DNA of 64,000 nucleotides from an uncultured Gammaproteobacteria bacterium (GTDB lineage: Bacteria; Patescibacteriota; Patescibacteriia; S139-126). Below the pieces are notes generated by a model. It made no database searches. It was not told the DNA's origin and saw nothing but the letters and a program-made list of their open reading frames with translations. Position 1 is the stretch's first letter. Every line of letters begins with the position of its first letter. The position numbers were made by a program, and so were the translations under genes. Positions 1 to 9,789 of this stretch are shown piece after piece. Location of the stretch: contig CAZBLW010000001.1 in assembly GCA_964493305.1 (NCBI GenBank), positions 473,513 to 537,512 on the forward strand. Direction: 5' to 3'.

Positions 1-466
1 CCGACTCAATTATTTGATACAGTATCGGACCATGATCTATTTTATTATCAAGTTTCATAATACTAAGACCAGTGGAAATATCACCATTTAGAATTGCGGT
101 TTGTACTGGTGAAGGACCGCGATATTTAGGTAATAACGAAGGATGTAAATTGATTAAACCGTATCTAGGAAGGGCTAGCAACTTTGGAGGCAATATTTTT
201 CCGTAAGCAACTACCACAAATAAATCAGCAGCTAGATTTTGGAGAGTCATTATAAAATTTTCCTCAAATACAGTTGGGGATAATAAGTTAAGTTTTAGTT
301 TTTTAGCACAAACAGCTATTGGAGTGTCAGTAATTATTTTATTCCTACCTTTGGCTTTAGCTGGTTGTGTAACTACTCCAACTACCTCAAAATCAGAGTT
401 ATATAAGGCCAACAAGGAATAAACAGCGAAATCAGGAGAACCAAAAAAAACAATTTTATTTGACAT
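1..466 (-). CDS. fmt: Methionyl-tRNA formyltransferase (N-terminal part, runs off window start)
   Basis: Not in ORF track; manual translation from ATG at 466 gives MSNKIVFFGSPDFA...VVTQPAKPKVG...VVAYGKILPP...INLHPSLLPKYRGPSPVQTAILNGD; follows def. Confidence 0.95.
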   Translation of the reverse strand, partial: MSNKIVFFGSPDFAVYSLLALYNSDFEVVGVVTQPAKAKGRNKIITDTPIAVCAKKLKLNLLSPTVFEENFIMTLQNLAADLFVVVAYGKILPPKLLALPRYGLINLHPSLLPKYRGPSPVQTAILNGDISTGLSIMKLDNKIDHGPILYQIIES

Positions 467-962
467 TATTTTCGTATAATTCCAATTTTTCTTTACCTTG
501 AGTAATTGTTGAGGTTTTATCAATAAATAAGATGCCGCGTAAATGGTCAACTTCGTGTTGAATGATTCTGGCTTCTAAGCCTGAACTTATTTTAAAATTA
601 AATTTATTATTTTCATCACGATAAATCAACCATACTTTTTCCGGTCTTGTTACCGGTCCAAACACATCAGGTATTGATAAACAACCTTCTTCAAATATAT
701 TTTTGTTGTAAGATTTAAAGATAATGGTAGGATTGATTAAAATTTTAGGCCCTTGACCGTCGTCAACTACTATTAAATTTATATTTTGCCCTATTTGCGG
801 GGCAGCTAATCCAATGCCATTGGCTGCTTGCATGGTTAGTTTCATATCAATTATCAACTGTTGGATTGATTCTGACAAAATATTTTTAATATTTACACTA
901 TTTTTTCTTAATATTTTGTTAGGATAAATTATGATTGGTAATTTTTTGGCAATTAATGACAT
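456..962 (-). CDS. def: Peptide deformylase
   Basis: GIGLAAPQIG, EGCLS, QHEVDHLRG motifs; start probably MSLIAKK at 962 (ORF opens at 974). Confidence 0.97.
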   Translation of the reverse strand: MSLIAKKLPIIIYPNKILRKNSVNIKNILSESIQQLIIDMKLTMQAANGIGLAAPQIGQNINLIVVDDGQGPKILINPTIIFKSYNKNIFEEGCLSIPDVFGPVTRPEKVWLIYRDENNKFNFKISSGLEARIIQHEVDHLRGILFIDKTSTITQGKEKLELYENNVK

Positions 963-963
963 A

Positions 964-2745
964 TTAAATTTCATAGGGATTAAGCTCTATCATAATAGAT
1001 TCAGGCAGATTTGACAATATCTCTCTAATTTTTTGATTGTCCTTATGGTAATATCTGAAAATTATTTGGTTGTAATTTTCTTGTATAAAATCAATCACCA
1101 ATTTATTTAGGTATTTGTTGATAATTGATTTTTTTAGGTTATCAGCTTTATCTTTATTGGTGGCTTTGAACAATAATTTTACTGTATTAGTATAAGGTGG
1201 ATAAAGTAATTTTTTTCTCCAAAGCATCTCCTGGTGCCAAAATTTTAGATAAGTAAATTGCTTTAACATTCGCCAAAAATTATGCTCGATATTTTTGGTT
1301 TGTATTAGTTTAGTACAATTTACTGTACGAAAAGCATTATTAAAATATTGCCAAGCTAGTTCTTGACTGCGAAAATTTCTGCCAATCAATTCTTGATCAG
1401 CATCAATAAAAGCTATTAAACCAACTTGGGAGTCAAGTCTTGATAAATAATATTTAGTAGTTACAATTATTTTTGCTTGATCTACTTGATTTGCATGATC
1501 GCTATCTAAAAAAACTATATCATCGTAAGTAGTAATTTTTTTTAGATCCTGGATTATGGTTTGGTTTGTTAAACCATATGGTTGCAAATGAATTCCTTGG
1601 CATCGAGGACAAGTTGAGGGAAAGGTATAATTGAGGTTACAACGTCCACAAACTAAACCAGTTAAAGAATCGCCACTTAGATAACTTTGACACTTTTCGC
1701 ATACAGGCATCCAACCACAATCAGTACAAAAAATATTTTGTTTTGTCCCTTTACGATTGACAAATAAAACACACTTTTTACCTGAAACAATTGTTTTTTT
1801 AATCTCTTGCTCCAAAGGCCAAGAAATATAAGTAAAATTTTTGGCAATTTTTTCAATATTTAAATCAACCAGAGTATAATCAATTATTTTTTGTTGATCA
1901 TATATTTTAAACTTATTTTTTTTAAAATAAGTAAATGTTTCTAACCAAGGTGATAATGAATAAATATTTAAATTAGTTTTATAAATAGAACTGATTATTT
2001 CATAAATTTGTTCTAAATTATATCTGGGATTTTGATCGGCTGAGGTAAAACCATAATTTTCGGCTTTTAAAACAAAAATATCTGTTAGCTTGTAAAAGGG
2101 GAGAAGTAAAGCCGGTTTAGTACCAATAATCAATTTGGCTTCACCTTTACATATTTGTAAATAGTTTTGTCGTAACACCTTATTGCTTAATTGTTTATGA
2201 TAAATTACCGTATGTTGAATAATTTTTTCTGGTAATTTAGTAGTTAATTTTTCAATATCAATTATTTCCGGACACAAAATTAATTGTTGACTGGATAAAG
2301 AAATTTTTTTTATGATATCATCAATCATAGTTTCATAATTCTGAGAAATGGTCAGCTCGTTTTTATTTTTTTTAGTTGATATTTTAGGCTGCTTAGCTAA
2401 AACAATATTTCCAAAGTCAATTTTAGTAGAAAAGTTTGGTAAAACATTTTTCCACCAGATACTGGGAGAAACAAAAAATTTCTCTGAAAGTTTGTTGATT
2501 AAATTTATTTGCTGAATAGTGGTCAAGGGTAGACCATGATTAAAAGAATATAAAATTTTTTTATAGTTTAAAATTTTGTTTCGAGGAGTGGGTTTGATTT
2601 TTATTACTATACCCAAACATTTTTTGTTTCGCCAAGGGATAGTTACCAGAGAGTACTTTTTTAGGTTTAAATCAGTAGGTATTTCATAGTCGAAATAACT
2701 AAGCTTTCTGGGTAATTTTATTAATGGAATTATACTAGCTATCAT
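964..2745 (-). CDS. priA: Primosomal protein N' (PriA), shortened and helicase-degenerate
   Basis: N-terminal 3'-DNA-binding FDYEIP...VTIPWRNK, LFVNRKG, four CxxC motifs, YPPY; Walker A and DEEH missing. Confidence 0.85.
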   Translation of the reverse strand: MIASIIPLIKLPRKLSYFDYEIPTDLNLKKYSLVTIPWRNKKCLGIVIKIKPTPRNKILNYKKILYSFNHGLPLTTIQQINLINKLSEKFFVSPSIWWKNVLPNFSTKIDFGNIVLAKQPKISTKKNKNELTISQNYETMIDDIIKKISLSSQQLILCPEIIDIEKLTTKLPEKIIQHTVIYHKQLSNKVLRQNYLQICKGEAKLIIGTKPALLLPFYKLTDIFVLKAENYGFTSADQNPRYNLEQIYEIISSIYKTNLNIYSLSPWLETFTYFKKNKFKIYDQQKIIDYTLVDLNIEKIAKNFTYISWPLEQEIKKTIVSGKKCVLFVNRKGTKQNIFCTDCGWMPVCEKCQSYLSGDSLTGLVCGRCNLNYTFPSTCPRCQGIHLQPYGLTNQTIIQDLKKITTYDDIVFLDSDHANQVDQAKIIVTTKYYLSRLDSQVGLIAFIDADQELIGRNFRSQELAWQYFNNAFRTVNCTKLIQTKNIEHNFWRMLKQFTYLKFWHQEMLWRKKLLYPPYTNTVKLLFKATNKDKADNLKKSIINKYLNKLVIDFIQENYNQIIFRYYHKDNQKIREILSNLPESIMIELNPYEI

Positions 2746-3260
2746 TCTGAAAAAACTTCAATACTTAAACGGTAAATTTTGTAATGATCGTTTTGCCAAT
2801 CAATCTTTCCGTTACGACAGGCGATTTTAACCATACTGTCAGGTGATATTTTTCTCGGCAAAACCAAACCAAATTGTTTTTGATTTTTTACTACCAAAAT
2901 ACCATCTGTGGCGGTATTTATCGAGGTTATATTATAGATAGCTTCGGTTTTAAGAATAATAAAAATTTGCAGTTTTAGTCCATTGATTTCGTCCTTGCTA
3001 ATGGGTTTATATACGTCATTTCCTTTAACAGCTTTTATAGTTTGGGTAATTATTTCTGTACCTAAATTATCTTTAGTCGGTTTTATACTGCCTGCTTGAC
3101 TGCGTATATTTTTGGCATAATCTAAAAATGTTACAAATACGCCAAAGTTAGTTGGACCTAGCCAACTAGGTAAATCCGGAGTTGTTTTAATAGTTAAACC
3201 TTTATTTAAATAAGTTTTAGCAGACTCTTTAGCTAAAGTAATGATGATTGACCTATTCAT
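2742..3260 (-). CDS. AMMECR1-domain protein (AmmeMemoRadiSam protein A-like), divergent
   Basis: LAKESAKTYL...GVFVT...GSIKPTKDNLGTEII...DGILV...GLVLP; start likely 3260 (ATGA overlap with upstream gene). Confidence 0.8.
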   Translation of the reverse strand: MNRSIIITLAKESAKTYLNKGLTIKTTPDLPSWLGPTNFGVFVTFLDYAKNIRSQAGSIKPTKDNLGTEIITQTIKAVKGNDVYKPISKDEINGLKLQIFIILKTEAIYNITSINTATDGILVVKNQKQFGLVLPRKISPDSMVKIACRNGKIDWQNDHYKIYRLSIEVFSE

Positions 3261-4039
3261 AACTTCATCAAACAAGTTAATAAACCCACGCCATATTTAT
3301 TTTCATAAGAATTTATCTCACAATCAAAGTTTACTTGACTCATTATGCCAGCTAAGATAGTAAGCGGGCTATGAATGCATTGTTCTGCTAAATCAATTTT
3401 GTTTTTTGGAATTGAGTCGAGGGCAATAAAATCTTTTTGTTTTAAAAGATTTATTAATAAATGATCATATTCTTTATTGGTTGAGGAGTCTTTTTTTAAG
3501 TCGTTGGCGTGAGATAAATCACCGGCTACTATAACAAAATATCTTTTGGTATCTTTGTGAATCAGCTCAACGATTGCTTGCCCGAATTTGAACGTCAAAT
3601 CAAAATTTGGGTCAGCTAAACTATGAATTGGTATATATAATTTTTGACTAAATTTTTCTTGCAGCAAATTTAGGACTACACCAAAAGTATAATCAAGATC
3701 TGGCTCACCAATAATACTAATAGGCAATCTAGTTTCTAAAGACTCTTTCAGTCGATAGGCAGTTGCCATATCAGATTGAAAATTAAAATTTGTATTTAAA
3801 TCACCAAATTTAAAAAAATTTACGTTGTAGCTTGGACACAAATTGATGATAAAAGAATTCGGTATGATTTTATTATGACCATTTAAAATTATAAAAGTAT
3901 CTATATTGAAATTATTGATAGTATCAATAATTTTTTTTATGCCTTTATTGGTACTACTAAAATCAGCGTGATTGTATAAACCAACCGTGGGTACTAGCAG
4001 GGGATTGTGCGGCAAAATAGCAGCGCCGACTAATGACAT
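3257..4039 (-). CDS. Memo/LigB-like class III extradiol dioxygenase-fold protein (AmmeMemoRadiSam protein B-like)
   Basis: LPHNPLLVP, LDYTFGVVL, GDLSH, SYENKYGVG; adjacent to AMMECR1 gene. Confidence 0.8.
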   Translation of the reverse strand: MSLVGAAILPHNPLLVPTVGLYNHADFSSTNKGIKKIIDTINNFNIDTFIILNGHNKIIPNSFIINLCPSYNVNFFKFGDLNTNFNFQSDMATAYRLKESLETRLPISIIGEPDLDYTFGVVLNLLQEKFSQKLYIPIHSLADPNFDLTFKFGQAIVELIHKDTKRYFVIVAGDLSHANDLKKDSSTNKEYDHLLINLLKQKDFIALDSIPKNKIDLAEQCIHSPLTILAGIMSQVNFDCEINSYENKYGVGLLTCLMKL

Positions 4040-4041
4040 AT

Positions 4042-5445
4042 TTATTTTATTGAATCAATTGGGTCACCACTAGGGTGCATCTCAATGACTTGATCGTTTA
4101 TGGTTTTTATATTTTCCCATTTATAACCAAGGGATTCAAAAGCTTCTCCGGAAATTATGGGATGCTTTATACCATCAGCTATTACATATACTGCGCTTTT
4201 GGTAGGATCTAAACTTTTGACTAGTTCGCCATTATTTAAATATAACGGGGGCATAGAAATATAATTTTTTAACTGTTCTCCGTCAATAGTAGTAATTAAA
4301 GGTTTGACTCCAAAATTTACTAGGATTATATCAGGATGAACAATTGGGTATTTTTTACCATCTTTGACATAATAAATCGTGCCGGTTTCTCTACTTTTAA
4401 GCAACGCACCCATTGGATAAGCACTAGCTAGTGAGATGGGGCTACCTTCTGGTATTTCGTCAATTAATGCTTGAGTTAAGTCTTCAATTTCTTCAGGATT
4501 GATTCCTAAATTTTTCATCACTGTAGCTGAGGTAAAACCGTGTTTTATATCATCAATAATCATATAAACCGTACCTTTGGGGGATCGATAAAGTGCATAT
4601 TGAGGATATTTAATTGGTTCGCCTTGAGGGTATTGGTCTAAGACCGAAGGTTCTACCAATATAATCTTATTTAATGAATATCTACTCATCAGAGCAGCTT
4701 TGGATTTAAAAGGTCTTTTTAAGCCGGATTGTATTAAATAGACTACTGGGTCGTTTTTTGCCTGCAATAGAGTTCCGTCAGGATAGGTATAAGAAAACCA
4801 TTCGTGCCAAAGTTTCCAAAAATTATAATTACCGTTATAAACATGGGGAGTATAATTATATAAAGCCGCTGTTGCTTTATTCATCGGAGTTACCACGGTA
4901 GTGACTTGGCCAACATTATAACGATTATCGACGAATGTATAGGTTTGTCCAACTTGGTAACGATAACTTTGCGGGTTATCTATATAATCTCTAAATTGCA
5001 GAGAAGCCGAATTAACTTGTTTAGCAAAGCCCCGCCAACGTTCACTGCAGCTACCACTATCTGGACAACCGTAGCCAGTGGCAAAATCTAAATCTCTTTG
5101 CGAAGGAGTTTGATTGGTAATTAAACTTTGTTCTTTTTGTAATAAAACCAGGATAAACTTTGGGTTAACACCGTTTTGTAATGCTCGTTCATAAATAAAA
5201 TCAGCAGCCATCATTTGTCTAAAAGGTTCATTGATAACATCAACATCTACCAAATAATTAGCTAAATAACCTCCCTTGGCTTTGATAAAATTTTGCACTT
5301 CGGTCAAAGACATGGCCGAACTGTTGGTTATTTCTTCATCGGAAATAATATAATGGGGATTAAATTCCAAAGCTGATACTGGCGTCACCAATAATGAAAA
5401 TAAAATTATATTTAAAAATATTAATAATTTGATATTAATTTTCAT
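4042..5445 (-). CDS. Secreted protein: putative cell-wall-hydrolase-like N-terminal domain plus ~60-aa C-terminal repeats
   Basis: Signal peptide; NPKFILVLLQKEQSL, GYGCPD, NKATAALYNYTPH; four repeats of type GxLxxxxxxxxVYxIxxGxKxP. Confidence 0.6.
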   Translation of the reverse strand: MKINIKLLIFLNIILFSLLVTPVSALEFNPHYIISDEEITNSSAMSLTEVQNFIKAKGGYLANYLVDVDVINEPFRQMMAADFIYERALQNGVNPKFILVLLQKEQSLITNQTPSQRDLDFATGYGCPDSGSCSERWRGFAKQVNSASLQFRDYIDNPQSYRYQVGQTYTFVDNRYNVGQVTTVVTPMNKATAALYNYTPHVYNGNYNFWKLWHEWFSYTYPDGTLLQAKNDPVVYLIQSGLKRPFKSKAALMSRYSLNKIILVEPSVLDQYPQGEPIKYPQYALYRSPKGTVYMIIDDIKHGFTSATVMKNLGINPEEIEDLTQALIDEIPEGSPISLASAYPMGALLKSRETGTIYYVKDGKKYPIVHPDIILVNFGVKPLITTIDGEQLKNYISMPPLYLNNGELVKSLDPTKSAVYVIADGIKHPIISGEAFESLGYKWENIKTINDQVIEMHPSGDPIDSIK

Positions 5446-5517
5446 ATTTTTAGTAATAATGGTGTTTTTATGATACCATAATTGCTACTTTTTTTAAAGT
5501 ATAATTTAGTAAATTAC

Positions 5518-5546
5518 TTGAAAAAACCCCTAAAAAAAGCCATAAT
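5518..5546 (+). promoter_or_regulatory. sigma70 promoter for thpR operon (probably leaderless)
   Basis: TTGAAA-17 nt-CATAAT, 6 nt before ATG at 5553. Confidence 0.65.
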
Positions 5547-5552
5547 TTATCT

Positions 5553-6092
5553 ATGAGAGTTTTTATTGGTCTGAGTTTATCTAATCAATCTAAAATAATA
5601 ATAAATAACCAAGTATTACATTTTAAATCTATTCAAAATACTGGGATTAATTGGGTAAAAGCGAATAATTTACATTTAACTTTAAAATTTATTGGTGCCA
5701 TAGATAAAAATAAACTAGATATGGTGATTGATTATTTAAACCAATATTCGCACAAAAAACATCAGCTAGTAGCCCAATTTAAAAAAGTAATTTTTATACC
5801 CGCATCTAAACCTAAAATAATTGTTCTCCAGGTGAGTAGTGAATGTTTGCTAAAAATTATGACTGAACTAGATGCTGGATTGAAGGGTATTTGTCAACCT
5901 AGCAAATTTTTTACACCACATATTACTTTAGGACGTATAAAAACCAATCTCAATCCAGATTTAAAAAATTTGTTACAAAGTTTTAATTTAAATTCAGAAG
6001 AAAAATTTACCACCATAACTTTATTCGAATCAATCTTAAGTCAAAATGGCGCTGACTATAGAATTATAAAAAATTTCAATCTAAATGACTAA
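5553..6092 (+). CDS. thpR: RNA 2',3'-cyclic phosphodiesterase (2H family)
   Basis: MRVFIG start, HLTL and HITL 2H motifs. Confidence 0.93.
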   Translation: MRVFIGLSLSNQSKIIINNQVLHFKSIQNTGINWVKANNLHLTLKFIGAIDKNKLDMVIDYLNQYSHKKHQLVAQFKKVIFIPASKPKIIVLQVSSECLLKIMTELDAGLKGICQPSKFFTPHITLGRIKTNLNPDLKNLLQSFNLNSEEKFTTITLFESILSQNGADYRIIKNFNLND

Positions 6093-6843
6093 ACAAATAT
6101 TAGGTATAAAGATAGATAATGTTGACAAATCTAAATTAATAGATTTGTTTGATTTATTTTCAAATTCAAATAAATTCAATCAGCTGACTACTGTCAATCC
6201 CGAATTTTTAGTGGATGCCCAAAATAATAGTGAATTTAGCAAAGTTTTGAACCAATCTGATTTAAATGTCATAGATGGTTTTGGTTTACAAATGGCTTAT
6301 CTGCTAAAATATAAAATTTTTCCTGCCAGAATACCGGGAGTAGATTTGGTTGATTTATTGTTAACTTTTTGTCAAAGTAATGGTCTATCAGTTTTTTTAC
6401 TAGGTGCGTTTGCTGAAACTATCCAAAAACTTAAATTTGAAATTAGTAAAAAATATCCTAATTTAAATTTTCAGGCCCTGAGTGGCGGAAAGATTGAAAA
6501 GAAAAACCAAACTTGGGAACAGGATGTTAATATTTTAAAAGAGATAAATATATTTAAACCAACTATTTTATTGGTGGCTTTAGGCCATCCTAAACAGGAA
6601 ATATGGTTGGCTGATCATAAAAACTATTTACCTTCGGTCAAAATTGCAATCGGGGTGGGTGGAACTTTTGATTATTTATCAAAACAAGTAAAAAGAGCGC
6701 CTTTATTATACCGACGTTTTGGTTTAGAATGGTTATATCGTCTTTACCAACAACCCTGGCGTTGGCGTCGGATTTATAAAGCGGTTGTTACTTTTAGCTA
6801 TTTATTTTTATTAAATTATGTCAAAACCAACGGTAAGAACTAG
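6085..6843 (+). CDS. WecB/TagA/CpsF family glycosyltransferase
   Basis: TVNPE, DGFG, RIPGVDL, VALGHPKQE, GVGGTFD, GLEWLYRL. Confidence 0.93.
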   Translation: MTKQILGIKIDNVDKSKLIDLFDLFSNSNKFNQLTTVNPEFLVDAQNNSEFSKVLNQSDLNVIDGFGLQMAYLLKYKIFPARIPGVDLVDLLLTFCQSNGLSVFLLGAFAETIQKLKFEISKKYPNLNFQALSGGKIEKKNQTWEQDVNILKEINIFKPTILLVALGHPKQEIWLADHKNYLPSVKIAIGVGGTFDYLSKQVKRAPLLYRRFGLEWLYRLYQQPWRWRRIYKAVVTFSYLFLLNYVKTNGKN

Positions 6844-8275
6844 ATTCGCTCCCAGTCCCACCGGCTATTTACATATAGGCGGTTTGCGGACTGCCTTGTA
6901 TAATTTTATTTTTGCTCGGCAAAATAAAGGCCAATTTATCTTGCGAATTGAAGATACAGACAAAGAACGTTTTGTCCCTGATGCTGTTGATTTAATACTG
7001 AAAACTTTATCTAAATTTGAGATAGATTATGATGAAGGTCCAGATAAAGCAGGGGAGTATGGGCCTTATACTCAATCAGAAAGATTATTAATTTATCAAA
7101 CTCATATTGCTGAATTAATAAAAACCAAGAAAGCTTACTATTGTTTTTGTACCAGTGAGAGATTAGAAGCTATGCGTTTAAAACAAAAACAAAATTCTGA
7201 ACCAACTAAATATGATGGTCATTGTCGTAATTTATCTGAACAAGAAATCTCTCAAAATTTAAAAAATAAAGTCCCCTTTGTAATCAGACTAAAAGTTGAA
7301 CCCGGTGAAACTAGTTTTACTGATTTAATCAGAGGGAAAATTACTTTTGATCACCAATCAATTGATGATCAAATTTTAATTAAAAGCGATGGATATCCTA
7401 CTTATCATTTTGCCAACGTAGTAGATGATCATCTTATGCATATCACCCACGTAATTAGGGGAGAGGAGTGGGTATCATCTACGCCAAAACATATTTTATT
7501 ATATCAAGCATTCAATTGGCCATTACCATTTTTTGCTCACCTACCTTTGTTACTAAATAGTGATAAGAGTAAACTCTCAAAAAGACAAGGGGATGTCTCG
7601 GCTGATGATTATTTAAAAAAAGGTTATTTACCTGATGCCATACTAAATTTTATTGCTTTACTTGGTTGGAATCCTGGGAGTGATAAAGAATTTTTTACCT
7701 TGACTGACTTAATTAGTGAATTTGATTTAGAAAAAGTACAAAAATCCGGTGCGGTTTTTAATTTAACTAAGCTTAAATGGTTCAATGCTCATTATATTGC
7801 CCAAACCCCAACAGCTAGTTTATTGCCTGATTTTGAAAATATAATAAACCAAGAAAAATTTTACACTAAAAATATTTTTTCTTTAGAGAAAATTATTGAA
7901 CTTTTTAAAACCAGAGTCAACTCACTTTTAGAATTAAGTCAAAAATCTAGCTTTCTGTATAGTTTACCAAATTATGAAGTAAATTTGTTGAGCTTTAAAA
8001 AAACCGATTTAAAAAAAGTTTTTGAAATTTTAAATTTTTTCTTTGAAGTCATAGATAAATATGATAATGAATGGCAAGCTGATAAATTAAAAACTCATAT
8101 TGATCTAAACAGAGAAGTAAAAGGATATAGTCGTTCCGAGTCATTTTGGCCTTTACGTGTGGCCATAACTGGTTTAGAATCATCGCCCGATGTTTTTGCC
8201 ACCATGGAGATTTTGGGGAAAAAAGAAAGTCAATTAAGAATAAAACAAGCTATTGAAAAAATTGAAAAAATGTGA
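6818..8275 (+). CDS. gltX: Glutamate--tRNA ligase
   Basis: RFAPSPTG, HIGG, LRIEDTD, KLSKR. Confidence 0.98.
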   Translation: MSKPTVRTRFAPSPTGYLHIGGLRTALYNFIFARQNKGQFILRIEDTDKERFVPDAVDLILKTLSKFEIDYDEGPDKAGEYGPYTQSERLLIYQTHIAELIKTKKAYYCFCTSERLEAMRLKQKQNSEPTKYDGHCRNLSEQEISQNLKNKVPFVIRLKVEPGETSFTDLIRGKITFDHQSIDDQILIKSDGYPTYHFANVVDDHLMHITHVIRGEEWVSSTPKHILLYQAFNWPLPFFAHLPLLLNSDKSKLSKRQGDVSADDYLKKGYLPDAILNFIALLGWNPGSDKEFFTLTDLISEFDLEKVQKSGAVFNLTKLKWFNAHYIAQTPTASLLPDFENIINQEKFYTKNIFSLEKIIELFKTRVNSLLELSQKSSFLYSLPNYEVNLLSFKKTDLKKVFEILNFFFEVIDKYDNEWQADKLKTHIDLNREVKGYSRSESFWPLRVAITGLESSPDVFATMEILGKKESQLRIKQAIEKIEKM

Positions 8276-8281
8276 TATAAT
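8252..8281 (+). promoter_or_regulatory. sigma70 promoter upstream of M23 gene
   Basis: TTGAAA-17 nt-TATAAT with TG extended -10 overlapping the gltX stop. Confidence 0.6.
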
Positions 8282-8303
8282 ATAGTATATATCACCCCAT
8301 GCT

Positions 8304-9539
8304 ATGAAAAAAAACCCAAACATAAAAATTATTACTCTGATTTTATTGATTGCGTCGTTAATGGCGCCGTTATTTTTTGCTTGGGCGCAACTAATAAACC
8401 CCGATCAAGTTGCCGTAGAAATCAATCAATTACAACAAGATATTAATTCAAAAAAAGATGAAATCAGTGATATTGAAGCGCAAATTTCTCGTTACCAAAC
8501 TGCTATTAGAAATAAGCAAAATGAAAAAGTTTCGCTTTCTAACCAAATGGAAATAATTGATGACCAAATTGCTAAAACCGAATTAGAAGTTTTACGTATT
8601 CAAGAACAAATCAATCAAATTAATTTAGAAATCAAGTTAAATCAAGAAAAAATTGATCTAAATAATAACAAAATTGCCAAAGTAAGAACTCAAATAGCTG
8701 AATTTATTCGCACCATGAACCGTCAAGATGATAAAACCTACTTGGAAGTAATGGTTTTATACGATTCCTTATCTCAATTTTTCAATGAAATTACCTACTT
8801 AGAGAGTCTGGAAGGGGACTTAAAGCTCAGTTTAGACCAAATCAAAAGCTTAAAAGCAGATTTAGAAGCCAATCAGCTAGATTTAACCAATAAACAAGCC
8901 CGTTTAAATGAAATTAAAATAGAATTAGCAGAAAAAAAAGAAGATTTACAAATGACCCAGAATACCAAAAGCTATTTACTTGATCAAACCAGAAGAGATG
9001 AAGCCAGATATCAGCAGTTATTGAACGAAGAAAAATCTCTTTACGAAAAAATGAATAACGAAATAGCTTATTTGGAACGGACAATTAGAGAAAAAATGGC
9101 CAACTCCGGTCAACTAGGGGATATATCAAAATCAGGAATGATTTGGCCGGTTGGTTCACAATATATTACCTCATATTTTCACGACCCTGATTATCCTTAT
9201 CGTAATGTCTTTGAACATCCCGCTATTGATATTAGGGCTAAACAAGGCGAGGTAATTAAAGCAGCAGCTTCAGGCTACGTAGCTAGAGCTAAAGATGCAG
9301 GTATGGGCTATAGTTATATAATGATTGTACATGATAGCGGTATCTCAACCGTTTATGGTCATGTTTCCAGTATTTTAGTGGAAGAAGATACTTATGTTGT
9401 TCAAGGTCAAACAATAGGATTAGTTGGCGGTACACCTGGAACTCCTGGTGCCGGCAGACTAACAACCGGGCCACATCTTCATTTTGAAGTTAGATTAAAT
9501 GGTATTCCTGTAAACCCTCTTAATTATTTAAGTTACTAA
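8304..9539 (+). CDS. Coiled-coil M23 family peptidase (EnvC/PcsB-like architecture)
   Basis: Signal peptide, long coiled coil, HPAID, YGH, TGPHLHFEVR, NPLNYL. Confidence 0.92.
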   Translation: MKKNPNIKIITLILLIASLMAPLFFAWAQLINPDQVAVEINQLQQDINSKKDEISDIEAQISRYQTAIRNKQNEKVSLSNQMEIIDDQIAKTELEVLRIQEQINQINLEIKLNQEKIDLNNNKIAKVRTQIAEFIRTMNRQDDKTYLEVMVLYDSLSQFFNEITYLESLEGDLKLSLDQIKSLKADLEANQLDLTNKQARLNEIKIELAEKKEDLQMTQNTKSYLLDQTRRDEARYQQLLNEEKSLYEKMNNEIAYLERTIREKMANSGQLGDISKSGMIWPVGSQYITSYFHDPDYPYRNVFEHPAIDIRAKQGEVIKAAASGYVARAKDAGMGYSYIMIVHDSGISTVYGHVSSILVEEDTYVVQGQTIGLVGGTPGTPGAGRLTTGPHLHFEVRLNGIPVNPLNYLSY

Positions 9540-9764
9540 ATGGAAAATAGTCGGGAATCAGCGCAACTACGAAATCAAAAACGAGTTTGTCAGGTTTGTG
9601 GTAAAGAATATACAATCAATACCACTAGGCAAGTCGAAAATTTTGCAAACTATCCCAATATCTGTTTATGGTGTTTACAATCCGCAGAAACAAAAGAACA
9701 AATTAAAGCTTACGCAGAAAAACTCAAGTCAAAAGATGACCCGATAAAAGAAGGAGATAAGTAA
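9540..9764 (+). CDS. Small putative zinc-ribbon protein
   Basis: 74 aa, CQVC...CLWC; starts directly after the M23 stop. Confidence 0.6.
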   Translation: MENSRESAQLRNQKRVCQVCGKEYTINTTRQVENFANYPNICLWCLQSAETKEQIKAYAEKLKSKDDPIKEGDK

Positions 9765-9789
9765 AATAAATAATTTTTTTATAAGTAAT

